From positions 73,162,001 through 73,226,000 of the forward strand of contig CM052817.1 of NCBI GenBank assembly GCA_028534125.1: DNA of 64,000 nucleotides, given 5' to 3'. The stretch is from Lama glama. Its lineage: Eukaryota. The notes below the pieces were generated by a model. The model did no database searches, had not been told where the DNA came from, and worked only from the letters and a program-made list of their open reading frames with translations. Positions within the stretch are counted from its first letter, which is position 1, and each line of letters starts with the position of its first letter. Below are positions 13,372 to 25,929 of this stretch, piece by piece. The translations under genes were made by a program, and so were the position numbers.

Positions 13372-13875
13372 TGTATTATTTATGTATTGCCGTGTGACAA
13401 ATTACCCCAAAACTTAAAGGCTGGGAACATTTATCTATCATCTTGAAGTTACTTGAGATCAGAAATTGGGGAGTGACTTTGCTGGATAGTGCTGACTCAG
13501 AATCTCTCTTGAGGTTGCTGCCGGAATGTCAGTGCGATGCTGTCATCTGAAAGCTTAGCTGGGACTGGAGGGTCTGCTTCCAAGCTTTCTCATGCGGCTG
13601 TGGGCGGGAGGCCTCATCTTTGATGGCTGTCAGACAGAGGCCTCAGTTCTTCCCCAGGTGGGCCTGTCCGGATGACAGCACCGTGGCTGGCTTCAACCAG
13701 ATGAAGAACCCAAGGACAAGAGAGGTAGAAGTCACAGTGTCTTCTGAACCTGGCTTCAGAAGTGACACACCGCTGCTTCTGTTAGTCACACAGACCAACC
13801 CTGGGACCGAGTGGAAGGAGATCAAAAGGGCATGAATATCAAGAGGGAGGGTCATTAGAGGCCATCTTGGAGGTG
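13372..13875 (-). mobile_element. MLT1-type LTR
   Basis: tgtatta...tattgccgtgtgacaaattaccccaaaactta start, and aagggcatgaatatcaagaggg...ggccatcttggag end, typical of antisense MLT1F-like LTRs. Confidence 0.65.
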
Positions 13876-16800
13876 ACTCTGTCTGTCTCACTGGCCTGAA
13901 CTGGGTCTTGTGCCCCTTGCACTCCCCCACCTCCCCCGCACTTGCTTAGTATGGTGTCTGCTTAGCAGTTGGTAGTCAGTTCATTTCAGTTTGAATAAGT
14001 GAGTAAGTGAATGAGATATCAATGGTAATTTTATGCATTTTATATGCTCAATCAGTACTTATTAGCTAACTACCTCTTGCTATGTAAGGCAAGAAGCAAT
14101 AATAAATTATGTCTTAATTACAGAAGTAAGGAATGTCTGAGCTCTCCAGCCTTCAGAAAACTATTCTGCAATAAGGTGGGATGTGGGTAGATAAGTGGAT
14201 GGACAGATGGAAAGTTGGAAGGACATAAAGATAGATGCAGTTCCCGTCAGTCCCATCTCTATATTTTTAAGGAAAATTATTTTGCTTTGTTGTGCTTACA
14301 TTTTTCTAATTTCTTCCCCCTATTCTTTAATTTCTCACAGCAAAATTGATATTGGGAAATTTTCAAGTAATTTTTAGAAAAACTCCATCATTGTTTTTCT
14401 AAGTTGAACTAAATAATTAATTTTTACTTTAATCTTTTGTGTGTAGAGTTGTGAAATGACAAGATTGTAAAAGCTAAGTTTCAGGAGTTGAGTTCAACAG
14501 AGGAGACTTAATTTCTGTCCCTTCAGACATCAGAAATGTCAGGCTTTTGTTACTGTCTTTCAACACTGCCATTGTTTTGAAGATGATGCTTGTTCTGTGC
14601 AGTTTGCATATACAGATGCCCTTTGCCTGAACAGTTCAGTAGAAACTAGGTGTAAAGTGTAAGACGCAAGAGAAATTGAGAGAAAAAAAAATAAATCTCT
14701 TTATTATGGTGCCTAAATCTTCAGTGTACGGGAGCTTTGCAGCTGCACAAGGAGAAAAATGCATTCAAAACCATAATGCCAGTGTGAATAATCCTTTCTC
14801 GAATGCTGCTTGCAGACTGCTCCAGCTTTGTCAGGTGAACTTGAACCGGGCCATCAGATTGGCCCCTGTTCCCATTGCACACCCTGTCTATCACCCCAGG
14901 GCATTCACCATCTTGACTGTTGTTTAAAGAGAACAAGCAATCCATCATTGAACCAGGGAGTCACTTTCTCATAGAAAAGTAAAACCAGCATGTGACACTA
15001 CTCAGCCCTAGTGTTTTGCAGATTAAAATGATACATGGCGACTCACGTGTTACTAGGAAGATTAAGTCAGTTATCTTGTTCCGTTGCCCAGACAAAAGAA
15101 TTCCCCTCAAGCAGTAAGTGGGAGCTTTACAGGAGCTGAAAAAGTTGGTCTCAACTACACGGTGGTAAAACAGAGAATTTAGCAAGACAGAAAATGAATG
15201 TTACTTTACATCTATGCACCTTCCCTGCAAAAGATGGTACAAAGAAGACTCCATCCCAAAAGAGGGAGCTGTTAAATCTTTGTACAAGAGTCTGCTGTTT
15301 GAGGTCCCAATTTTATTACCAGAGATGGACACACAATGTATTGTCTGACTGCCTTAGCAATTGATTTAAATATGGTGAAATGAATGAGCAGCCGCTGGCC
15401 CTGAGGCAGTTAGCTTCATAAGAGTAGATTGCAAATCCTGCAGCTACAGTATCAAGTTATTAACACCGTTATTCCATTGTGTGATCTACACAGTAATAAA
15501 ATTTTAAATGAACCTCCATACAGAAATGAGTTCACAATGGAAGGCTGGGATTGCAGCCCTTAATTTACCAAACTGAAGCAAATATTTATCATATTACAGA
15601 GAAAAAGTATTTCTTAAATAATTGAATTCATAACTGTTATTTTTTTAAAGTAATTTTCAAAAAGGAGACAAAAGTAAGTATCAAACTGTTTAATTTTAGA
15701 TTAAGTGCATTAATTAAAATTAACATAAGAAAAATTCATTTCTTTCTAATTAATTTTTTTAACTTAAAATAATCTTTAAGTTTAATTTGTGTTTTTCCAT
15801 TTAGACCTTACACTAAAAATAACACAGTTTAAAGACAGAATTATGTTTTCCCTTAGGTTCTCATGAATTTTAAACAACACCATTGTTAGAAATGTCTTCT
15901 TTGTTTACATTTTGCCCATATTTTGCCACGACAAGACCTTCCTAAAAAGGCTATTTTTCTAGTCAAAGGGATTTCAAATTGAAGAATGCTCTCTTTTGTA
16001 ACTTGTAACTACATTTTTAAACATTTCTTGTCTGTAGCCAGCTATATGTTCTGTACATATTCTCTAAGAATAAATGACAGTGCTGGAATATGTAAGTTTT
16101 CTCTGCCAGGGACAAACACCAGATTTGACCCTCTTTTCCTACACAAATCACCAAAAAGGAGAGGGACTATTTAAACACTTTTGTTAGACATTTGACATGG
16201 TCTTTTCCAAATAACAGAAGGACCCACAGCGACTGGCTTTGAAGGGCGGTATTCCCAACGTGTTTTCAATAGAGAACATTCTCTCTGGGCTGAGCACCTG
16301 GATCATGTGCAGCGTTCCCTTGGGCTGGGCAGCAGTCACTGAGCCACCTGCATCAGAGAGGATGGTATATGAAGGACGGGAGCCTCTGGCCAGCTGTATC
16401 CTTCCCCAGCCTTTGGGGCATGTTTGTGTAGGAGCCAGGCCAGGACAGACTAGCACACAGGCATCCATCTCTGTGGCCATCCTCTTTGCCCCACCCCAGA
16501 TGAGTTAGCAAGATCCTTCAATGGTGTAGATAAAGGTTAAGTGCAACGGAGCCCACTAGCCTTTGAAACATGCCTTGTGCAAAGACTCAAAGCCATAAAT
16601 TGTCTTGACAATGGCAATTTAAAATATCCAAGTCCTAGGACTTTCAGACAAGCACCAAGGAAGATGACCTGAAATTGAGCTGGATATTGGTGTAAGCTCC
16701 ATAATTCATCATGACCTTGACAACCTACTGCAAAGAGACCCGAGCTCCTCCCCTCCTGCCTCCTCTTGTCCCTCCATCCCAGCAGCAAGGCCTCTGCCTT

Positions 16801-19800
16801 GTCTGAGCTGAGCAAGGACACACACTCAACAAACAAAAATTATTCCTAGACTTCTTGAGACAACATAATCACATATAACGGCAAATTAAACTTGGCATCT
16901 CTAAAACTCTTTGTTGCTAAGTATCATCTTTTATTATATTCAACTCCTGGTTATTGGAGGGGAGGTGGAAAATGCAAGCAGTCCAAAAAGAAGGCTGTTG
17001 TTTAAGATCCATCCTATAAAGGCCAATAATACATTGTTGTTGTTTTTCAGTGGCTGACATAGTAACTGATGACTGGGAGATAGACAGCCCCAAATTGCCC
17101 TGGATGTCAAGAAATGCCAGATTTTGCCATCAGTAACTTAAAAACTAAATTACAAGGCAGATCAACATGCACTCAGTGCTTGGCCATTTGGCGTACTTCT
17201 TTGGTGGTTTTTGAAGATATGCCAAAAATGCCTTTTTCAGAACTTCTACCAACCAGAGTGTATCTCAAATGCTAAAATGGTGAACTAAAAAAGATACTTG
17301 AGGAAAGTTAACTTTTTATAAATTTTAAAAATCAGTCAAATTATCAGGAAAATATTGTTTTCAGGCAGCATTTTATAGTTTGGTACAGCTGACTCATGCA
17401 ATTTGCTAGAAGACAGAAGAGACCCTGCCAAGCGGTTTGTGTATTTATTGCGGTGTTTCCCATTGGAAAGACTAGTTATATATTCCACTCTGCTGAAAAT
17501 GGCTTCCCCTTTGCCCCTGCAAAATAACCCTAGAGTTATTCTCTCTTTCAAATGCTAACATCATGTTTCTTATGAAAAGAGCTAAAACTCAGAGAGCCAC
17601 AGGTCCCTAAGTCTAAATTCAGAAGTATGACCTTTCAGGAAATAGACCCTTTTTTTGTTTTTTGAGAAAACTGTTTAAAAATCCAGACTGTGAATGACTG
17701 CCTCTCAGTTGGAAAGGTCACTTTGAGTGCACTGTCCACAACATTAACTAGAAATGACCCTTGTCATCACTCTCAGCATGTGGGACAGAAGAAACAAATG
17801 AAAAAACACACCCGAAAGATGGTTTCTAGAATAGGCCACTTGGATAATAGATGAGACGCTGTGCTTGTGGACCACATGGGCTCCTGGGGCATTGTTCCCA
17901 CTGTGTGTGAGTGTGCTGGGTGGCTTCACGATGACAAGGCCGTGGAGAACTGCAGCATCTCTACTGGACCACCATCGCAAAGTGAAGAAAACGTCGTCTC
18001 GGTTCCCAGCTAAGAACACTCCCTCAGTAACGTGTTTCAAACTTTGATGTTGTCATTTTCTTGATTACAGATTCCTTTCTAGAAACACTTTTAGGAGAAT
18101 GAATCAAGGAAAATGTTTTCATCATTTAATGTCCACATAGTTTTCCCCCCTTCTATGTAGCGGTTGTCAGGAAGGACTTCCACTAAGCAGAATGTGTTTT
18201 TTTCTGGCCAGAGTAAAGAGAGTTAAATTATAGAGCCAGCTGGTTGCTTGCCAGGGAGGTTGGAGAGGAAAGAGTGCCCTGCCTTCACTTTTCTTCCCAT
18301 ATTACCAAACTGCTTCTTACAGACCCTGGCCCCATCTCCTGCACCCTCTCCTCTTTCTCTCTTCCTAACCCCTCTAAGCGGTAGGTAATATTAAAATTAA
18401 AAAGAGAGAACTTCTGGCACTGAACTAATTCATAGGGCTACACCCATTCTCCGGCTTTCCCTCTTCTGAGAAATGACTTTTAAACATCAGCAGATGGTCA
18501 GGTCTCTTCCAATTCCACCTGCAGTCACTCTCTTCAGCCCTCTTGAAGGGAAGAGTGTGATGAAATCACAGGAATGTGCCCTGGCTCTGCCACTTACAGA
18601 AGAGTGGCACCTAGCCTCTCAGAGCCTTAAGTTCCCACATGTAAAATGGGTGTAAAAAGACACACCTTGAGGTGTTGTGAGGATTGGAGGTAACACATGT
18701 GAAGGACTTAGCACAGTGCCTGGCACATTTTGGTGTTCAGTTAAGGATAGGATTTTATTATGGTTATTATCTAAACTCTTTCCCCTTTGCAGTCCTGCAG
18801 AATTCATTTTCCCAGACCCACTCTCAGTAACCTTGGTGGCCAAGACCACTTAACTGCGCATACCCTCAGTCCCTCCCCTAGACCCAGGGAATAGTCTCGG
18901 TTTGAAGGAGAAGTCGTTTCTAACCAGGGTGCGAAGTGGGAAACGCAAATAACAAAAACAACAACAAAATTAATAGATTCCATTCATGGAGTTATTTACT
19001 AATGCTTATTCATCATTATCATGTCACCTGGAAATATATTTAAACCATATCAAATTACTTTTTTTTAAGTCAGAATAGTCTAACATTCGCAGGTTCATAC
19101 GGCTCAATCTAAATAGTACTGAACATCATCCTCTCTTTCCGTCTGTCTCCAACCTCATCTCCAGGTAGTCCCACATCCTCCCAGCCTCTCCTGACTGCAG
19201 TTCACCAGATAGGACATGCCCTCCCACAACTGTTTCCCCAGGCTCTTCTCTGTGCCTGCAATAGCCTCCCCTCCCTTGGGAAACTTATTTGTCCTTCAAG
19301 ACTCAGCTCAAGTGTCACCTCCTCAGGAAGACTTTCTCTGACTCTCCTACTCCCCTCTGGTTACACATGCACACAAACACACACTTGCACATACACACAC
19401 ACACACACAGAGGCTCCATTACACCATCACAGACCTTTATGGTGGGACCTCAATTGTACAGTAATTACTTGTTTATGTATCTGCCTCCCCCATTAGATTA
19501 TGAGCACGTGAAAGCAGAGATTGTTGAGTTCATTTTGTCAGCCCCAATGCCTAGCCTTGCACTTGGTCGTTAATAAGGCCTTGCTGAATGAAAGAATTAA
19601 ATCATTAAAAATCACAAGATTAATTGAGAGTGTAGTTTTATGATTGACCCATTGTGGCATAACTCCTGGTGTAATACAGTATTTAACATTGCGCCGTGCA
19701 CATTGCACGTGTTCCATAAATGTTTATGAACTGAATGAATGAATGATGGCAGGTGAAAAATCTCTTAATTAGATCCAGAGGGTCCTCTTTATTTGTACAA

Positions 19801-21244
19801 TCCAAATAAGAAAGGCGTTCTCGGACACTGAAAAAAGCTATGCCGACATCTTTGTCTTACAAAAGACTCATCTGAATGATAATGAGTGTGGAAAATGGAT
19901 TAGCTCCTGGGTGGACAGGTTTTCTTTGTTTATTTGTTTGTTATTTGTTTTTGGAGCTTTTTTGTGTGGGTAAAAAAGTGAAAATGCTTGAGTGCTTTAT
20001 CGCTTAGGGACGTTGTCCCCTCTTTTCATGATTTTGATTTTAGTGCTTATTTAATTAAGAAAATTAAATTATTTTGATACATGAATTAAAACTGAAAAAA
20101 TAATAGTTCCCAGGGTTGTATTAGTGTAGATTTTTATCTTAATTTGTATATCTACCAATCATACAACTCTGGAGAAACTGATCACCGTCTGTTCTTGGGT
20201 CCTGGTGATAAGACATTATCTCTAGGAGTTTTCTAGTATGAGGTGACCAAACTGTGTCAGTAATCTAACTTTTAAGGTGATCAATAAATGTTGCTAACTC
20301 TCGTTATATGTTTTATTACATAACATGCTTCAAATGAAGCTCTGAATTATTTTAGAAATAAGCGATTTATTGTTCTTGGCTCAGAAACTCAGCATTTTAA
20401 AATGCATTAAGAAGGCTATTTTTCAAGTTTTGTGAATTAAAGAGTGTGTTTCCTCCTTCAGCCAGAGCAGATAAGCATTACTGAGATTAGGGTACATCAT
20501 GATACTAAAATCAATTAAAGTAGAATTTAAGGGAAAAAAATCATTATCAGGGATAAAGAGGGATTTTAATTGGGATAGTACTGAGTCTATAGATCAAATT
20601 GAGAATCTAATAAAGTGTCTGCCTTCATTTTTGATGTTTGATGATTGACAGCTCTGACACCCCACCGCTCTTCCTTACCTCTCTGCCCCACATCCGGAAG
20701 AGCAGACCAGAAAGCCCAGGTGCTCTCTCCTTTGGCACCAGCAGGAGGTTAAAAGAATGCAAACTGCAGCTCATGGAAAGAACTTTCACACCAGCCCCAC
20801 ACTCTAAACACCCTCAAACCCTTCACGCGGTCTTTCCTGCCATTTTACACTTACTCAGGTGGTTGCCTTGTTCTTCCCAGAAAGCCTTATAATGTGAGTA
20901 ATAATCTTCTCACACCCTTTTGGTGCATGCGTGGCATCATCAGTTTTGACGCCAAATTTTGGAGGGAGCAGGGGATGCATTGTGCATCTACAGAGTGACC
21001 ACAGTCAGGGGAAAAGTGACATTTTATCAATACAGAATTCTGATCCATGGGTACCATACATCTCTCCATTTATTTAAGTGTTCTTTAATGTTTCTCATAA
21101 ATGCTTCGTAGTTTTCAGCATGCACTTTTTGCCTATATTTTATTAAATTTTTCCTAAGTAGTTTATATTTTGATGCTATTTACTTAGTATTATTTTCTTA
21201 TTTCAATTTCCAATTGTTCTTTACTATTACATAGAAACATAATT

Positions 21245-23235
21245 GAAGTGACATCAGCAGGATGACCAATGGTTCTCTACCTTCATTCCCCACCATAGTA
21301 CATTGATTTTTCCTGTCATCCATGGATAAGAGTCCAGGAGCCCCACAGAGAAACTCAGTGTGCCATTGGAGCAGAAGAACCCAAGAACAGATGCATTAAG
21401 AAGGTAAGAGGAACAGTTTCACTTTGCCCCCATCACTCTTCTCCTAAGGTTCAGTGCCAGGAAAGACCCCCACAGCCATGAGTTCTTTCAGTGAAAAAAC
21501 TGAAAGCTTGAGAGTCTGTGTCTGGGTTCCTCAGCCATGCAGGATTCTGCCCAAGAGACCCACATCTTCCTCACCTCACCCCAATCACGAACATAATCTG
21601 CAAGCTTCAGTGATTGGGAGAGGCTGAGAGTATAGCAGCCAGGGCTCAGAATTTATCAAAGGGATGGTACTAACAACACTGTGGTTCTACCTACTAACTG
21701 ATTCACAGACTGTCAGAAAGCCCATCCATGAGAAACTGTGGCTGCCTCAGTGCAAACCCCCAACAGACCCCATGTGGACCCCCAGTGCTCCCAATGCCTA
21801 ACCACCCCCCTCCTCGCATAGCCAGCTTCTGTGGACAGTGAGAATGAATCTTTGCAGATAGCAAGCAAGCAAGCAAGCACAGAAAGCCAGTCTAATTCTC
21901 TGAGACAGGATGAAGGCTCACAAACGAGCATTTCAGAACACTTCCCTAGGGAAGACAAATGGGAGACTCTCAACACCCGGCCAGGCTTTTCAGGCTTGAG
22001 AGAAGGCACGTTAGTGGTGACAGCTTCTTCAAAAGTTAAAACAGCAATAGAACTTCCAGGAACATGATACTACCAAAGAAACACAATAATTTGCTAGTAG
22101 CTGACCACAAAGAAATGGAAGTCTATGAATTGCCTGACAATTCAAAATGATTATTTTAAGGTCACTCAGTGACTGCAACTCAGTGAGTAAACAGATAGAC
22201 AAGGTGACAAGTTCAGTAAAACAATGTGAACGAAACTGAGAGTTTCAACAGAGAGACGTAAACTATCTGAAAGAGACATTAAGAAAGCAATCCCATTTAC
22301 AGTAGCATCAAAAACAATAAAATATACAGGAATAAACTTAACCAAGGAAGTGAAAGATGTATACATGGGAAACTGTAAGATGTTGTTGAAAGAAATTAAA
22401 GAAACAAATAAATAGAAAAGCACCATATGTTCATGAATTGGAAGAATAAATATTGTTAAGATGACCATACTACCCAAAGTAATCTACAGATTCAATGCAA
22501 TCCCTATCAAAATTCCAATGGTTTTGTTCACAGAATAGGAAAAAACCCTAAAATTCTTATGGAACCACAAAAGACCCCAAATACCTAAAGCAATCTTGGA
22601 AAGAAGAACGAAGCTGGAAGCATTACACTTTCTGATTTCAAACTATTTTGCATAACTATAGTAATCAAGAACACAGAAACAAACACACAGACCAATGGAA
22701 CAGAATAGAGAGCCCAGAAATTCATCAACTAATCTTTAACAAGAGCACCAAGAACACTCAAATGGGGAAAGGATAGCTTCTTCAACAAATGGTGCCAGGA
22801 AAATTAGATATGTACATGCAAAAGAATGAAATTGGACCCCTATCTGATTCCATTCACAAAAACTAACAATACAGAGGTTCCTTTAAAAATTAAAAATAGA
22901 ATTACCATATAATCCAGCAATTCCACTTTTGGGTATTTATCCAAAGAAATTGAAAACACTAACTTGAAAAGATGAATGTAACCCCAGAGTTCACTGCAGC
23001 ATTATTTACAATAGCCTACATAGGGAAGCAACCTAAGTGCCTATAGATAAAGGAATGGAAAAAGAAAGTATGTATGTACACAATGGAATATCATTCAGCC
23101 ATAAAATAGAATGAGATCTTACCATTTGCGACAATGTGGTTTGACCTTGAGGGCATTATTATGCTCAGTAAAATATGTCAGACAGAGAAAGACACCATGA
23201 TCTCACTTACATGTGGAATCTAAAAAACAACAAAA
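21245..23235 (+). mobile_element. Internally deleted LINE-1 (5' UTR, ORF1 start, ORF2 3' segment, 3' UTR)
   Basis: 5' end gtgacatcagcaggatg; ORF2-like aaagcaatcccatttacagtagcatc...tcaatgcaatccctatcaaaattccaatg; 3' UTR gaattaccatataatccagcaattccact...atctcacttacatgtggaatctaaaaa. Confidence 0.8.
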
Positions 23236-23236
23236 A

Positions 23237-23239
<3 letters not shown>

Positions 23240-23292
<53 letters not shown>

Positions 23293-23300
23293 ACACACAC
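23240..23300. repeat. (CA)n microsatellite, ~30 units, at the L1 tail
   Basis: Directly visible. Confidence 0.97.
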
Positions 23301-24989
23301 AAGTGTATACCAGCTTTCTCTTCTTTCTGTTTATTTAATGTTGTGGTCAAAGAAGAGAGAATTAATTTCCCATTCACCCTGACTCAAATGAGGTAATGAG
23401 GTTGGGACTGGAGGTTCTCACTGCCAGTCCTGTTTGCCCCAGCAGGGGCTTTAAAGTGGCTTTGAAGCAGATGCCAGGTTAAGGGCAAATCCTACTAGAG
23501 AGTCTAGATTTGCTTAGATGGAAAAGGAAGAAATTTCCCAGGGATGGAGCTGAAACTGATTGAATTGATCTGAATCTGAGAAGCAGGGAATAAAGAGGCA
23601 GTGAGATTACTCCTTGACTGGTCGCCAGGTTTCTTGGTGTCCTGAAATTGCTGCCTCTTTATGTATTGTAAAAGTGAAATAAGGCCTGGTTTAAAGAGGG
23701 GAGTCAATACTCCAATCTGGCACACACCAAATCTACACCTTGACAGAACATTAAAAGTCTTGTCTCAATCATATTTGATGTCTGTATTGATTCTTTTTCA
23801 TTACCTGGGTAACACAAACATAGAATTTCATACTCTATTGTACTGTATATGGTACAAAGGAAAGGGGCCTCCCTTACCCCACCAATCCAGTCTCATTCCC
23901 AGTGTCTACTATTACTGTTTGGTTTGTACTCATTCATTCTTTCATGTGTTTTCCTATACTCATATGAACATATGGATACAAATTTTAAAAGATGTTGATA
24001 TTTTTATTAAAATTGAATTATTCGTACATAATGTTCTACAGATTGATATTTTCATTTACTAAGATATTGTGGACAATTTACCTCTTCCAGATTTTGTCCA
24101 AGGTAGACTTTACCAGGAATAATGTAAATAAGAAGCATTACCACGATTAATACAGCTGCCCCACAAAACAGCCCTCCCAGATTATATATGTGTTTTTTAA
24201 CCAAGGCCATCCAGAAATAATCCTTCATATTTGTTTGTACTGTCTTGTGCCACAGTTCTTAAGTGCCCATCCCAGAGCTAATGCCAAGCTGGCTGCAGAA
24301 TCATTCCAGTTTTTTTTTAAATACAGATTCTGGGCTCGAGCTTCAACAAGTCTCATCCCATAAGTCTGGAAAAGGAGCTGGGAATTTATAAATATAACAC
24401 TAAGCAATTCTGAGAATCAGCCAAGTTTGGAGACACTGGAACCACCGGTGTTTCCATATTAGCAGTGTCGGTAGTGGCAGATGAGTTTGTGGTCACCTCA
24501 GCAAGTCAGCTCGCTTAGCGACACTCCACCCTTAGGGCAGTGCGTAGTATTCCCCGCTGTGAAAGCACCGTAACTTATGTAACTGTGCCCACTGATGAAC
24601 ACTTAATCAGTTCCATTGTTTTTTTAAAGCAACACTATAACAAACATCTGAGTGTCTGTGTGTGTGTGTGTGCAGGCAGAGAGAGAATAAAAGTTTCTGT
24701 AGGATAACTTCTTAAATATGGAGTTTCGGGTTCAGTGGGTATATGCTTTTTAATTTTTGCAACAACTCCTCCAAAACCACACCACACAGACTCTTCTCTT
24801 GTTCCATGGTGTGTTATAAAAGGACTTTATTTCACTTCTCCAAAGAATTATATTGATTACAGTTATTAACTATAAATAATGTCATTCTAAAATCCATGGT
24901 AGTTACAATTATTGTACATTTTTACTAATCTGTATTTTTCTTTGACACTTCAATAGAACTCACTTTTTTAACCTTTCTCAATTAATACT

Positions 24990-25240
24990 TTTATTTTTTA
25001 TTGCTGTGCAATATTATATGTTACAGGCCTACAACATAGTGATTTACAATTTTTAAAGGTTACACTCCATTTATAGTTATTATTAAATGTTGGCTATATT
25101 CCCCGTGTTTTACAATATATCCTTGTAGCTTATTTTATAAATACCCAACAGTCTGTAGCTACGCTCCCCTCCCCTTCTCCTGCCCCTCCCCCCTGCCCTC
25201 TCCCTACTGGTAACCACTAGTTTGTTCTCTATATCTGTGG
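24990..25240 (-). mobile_element. LINE-1 3' end fragment
   Basis: ttttatttttta...aatattatatgttacagg..caacatagtgatttacaattttt...ctactggtaaccactagtttgttctctatatctgtg, the antisense 3' UTR of laurasiatherian L1. Confidence 0.7.
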
Positions 25241-25317
25241 GACTCATGTTATCTTTGAAATAACTAAAAATCTAAATCCTGTATGATTTTTATACTTTAA
25301 ATACCACCACATACATA

Positions 25318-25929
25318 TGTTACTGAACTAGGTCCACTTACCCAATAGCCAGGAAGCCAAACACTGAGACACGAAGATTTGCAGCAGAGAAGAGGTTTAT
25401 TCACAAGGCAGCCAAGTGAGGAAACAGAGAACAAGTCTCAAATCCGCCTCCCCCAAGGTGAGGGGCTTGGGATATTTATGGGATAAAGCTGAGGCATAGG
25501 GAGTGTGGGGAAACGTGACTGAAGATAAGAAAAAGGTGAAGTCTCATCCGTCTGTGCAGACACAACAGGTGCAGCTCAATTACAAGCTTCTTGGTAGGAG
25601 GGAAATGGCAGTCATGCACATTCAGGGTGGAGTTTTTGGCCCTCTTACCTCAAAAGGTCACCGAGAGCAGACACTCACACATGCCCAGTTGGAGAGTTGG
25701 TGGTCTCAACCAGTCAAAACTGGCTCAGACCGGACACAGCTGACTACAAGTTCCAGAAAAAACAACCTGGGCAAACATCTTACTGTTTAGGCTGCCTGAC
25801 GCTTGGAGGACAGGCAAGTTTTTGTAAAAACAATTAAAGTGGCTTGATCAGTGAAGGTGGGTTACAGTTCATAATTTATTAAGCAAGTTAGGGTTTAAAG
25901 GATCTAATTGGTGACTAGCCTCAGCTTCA
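25318..25929 (-). mobile_element. ERV solo LTR (~612 bp)
   Basis: TG...CA termini, near-matching 4-bp flanks (cata/catt), and antisense AATAAA (ggtttattc) about 100 bp from the left end. Confidence 0.65.

Noticed and set aside
22166..22477. 103-aa hydrophobic - strand ORF
   Set aside because: Antisense reading of L1 ORF2 sequence, a common artefact.
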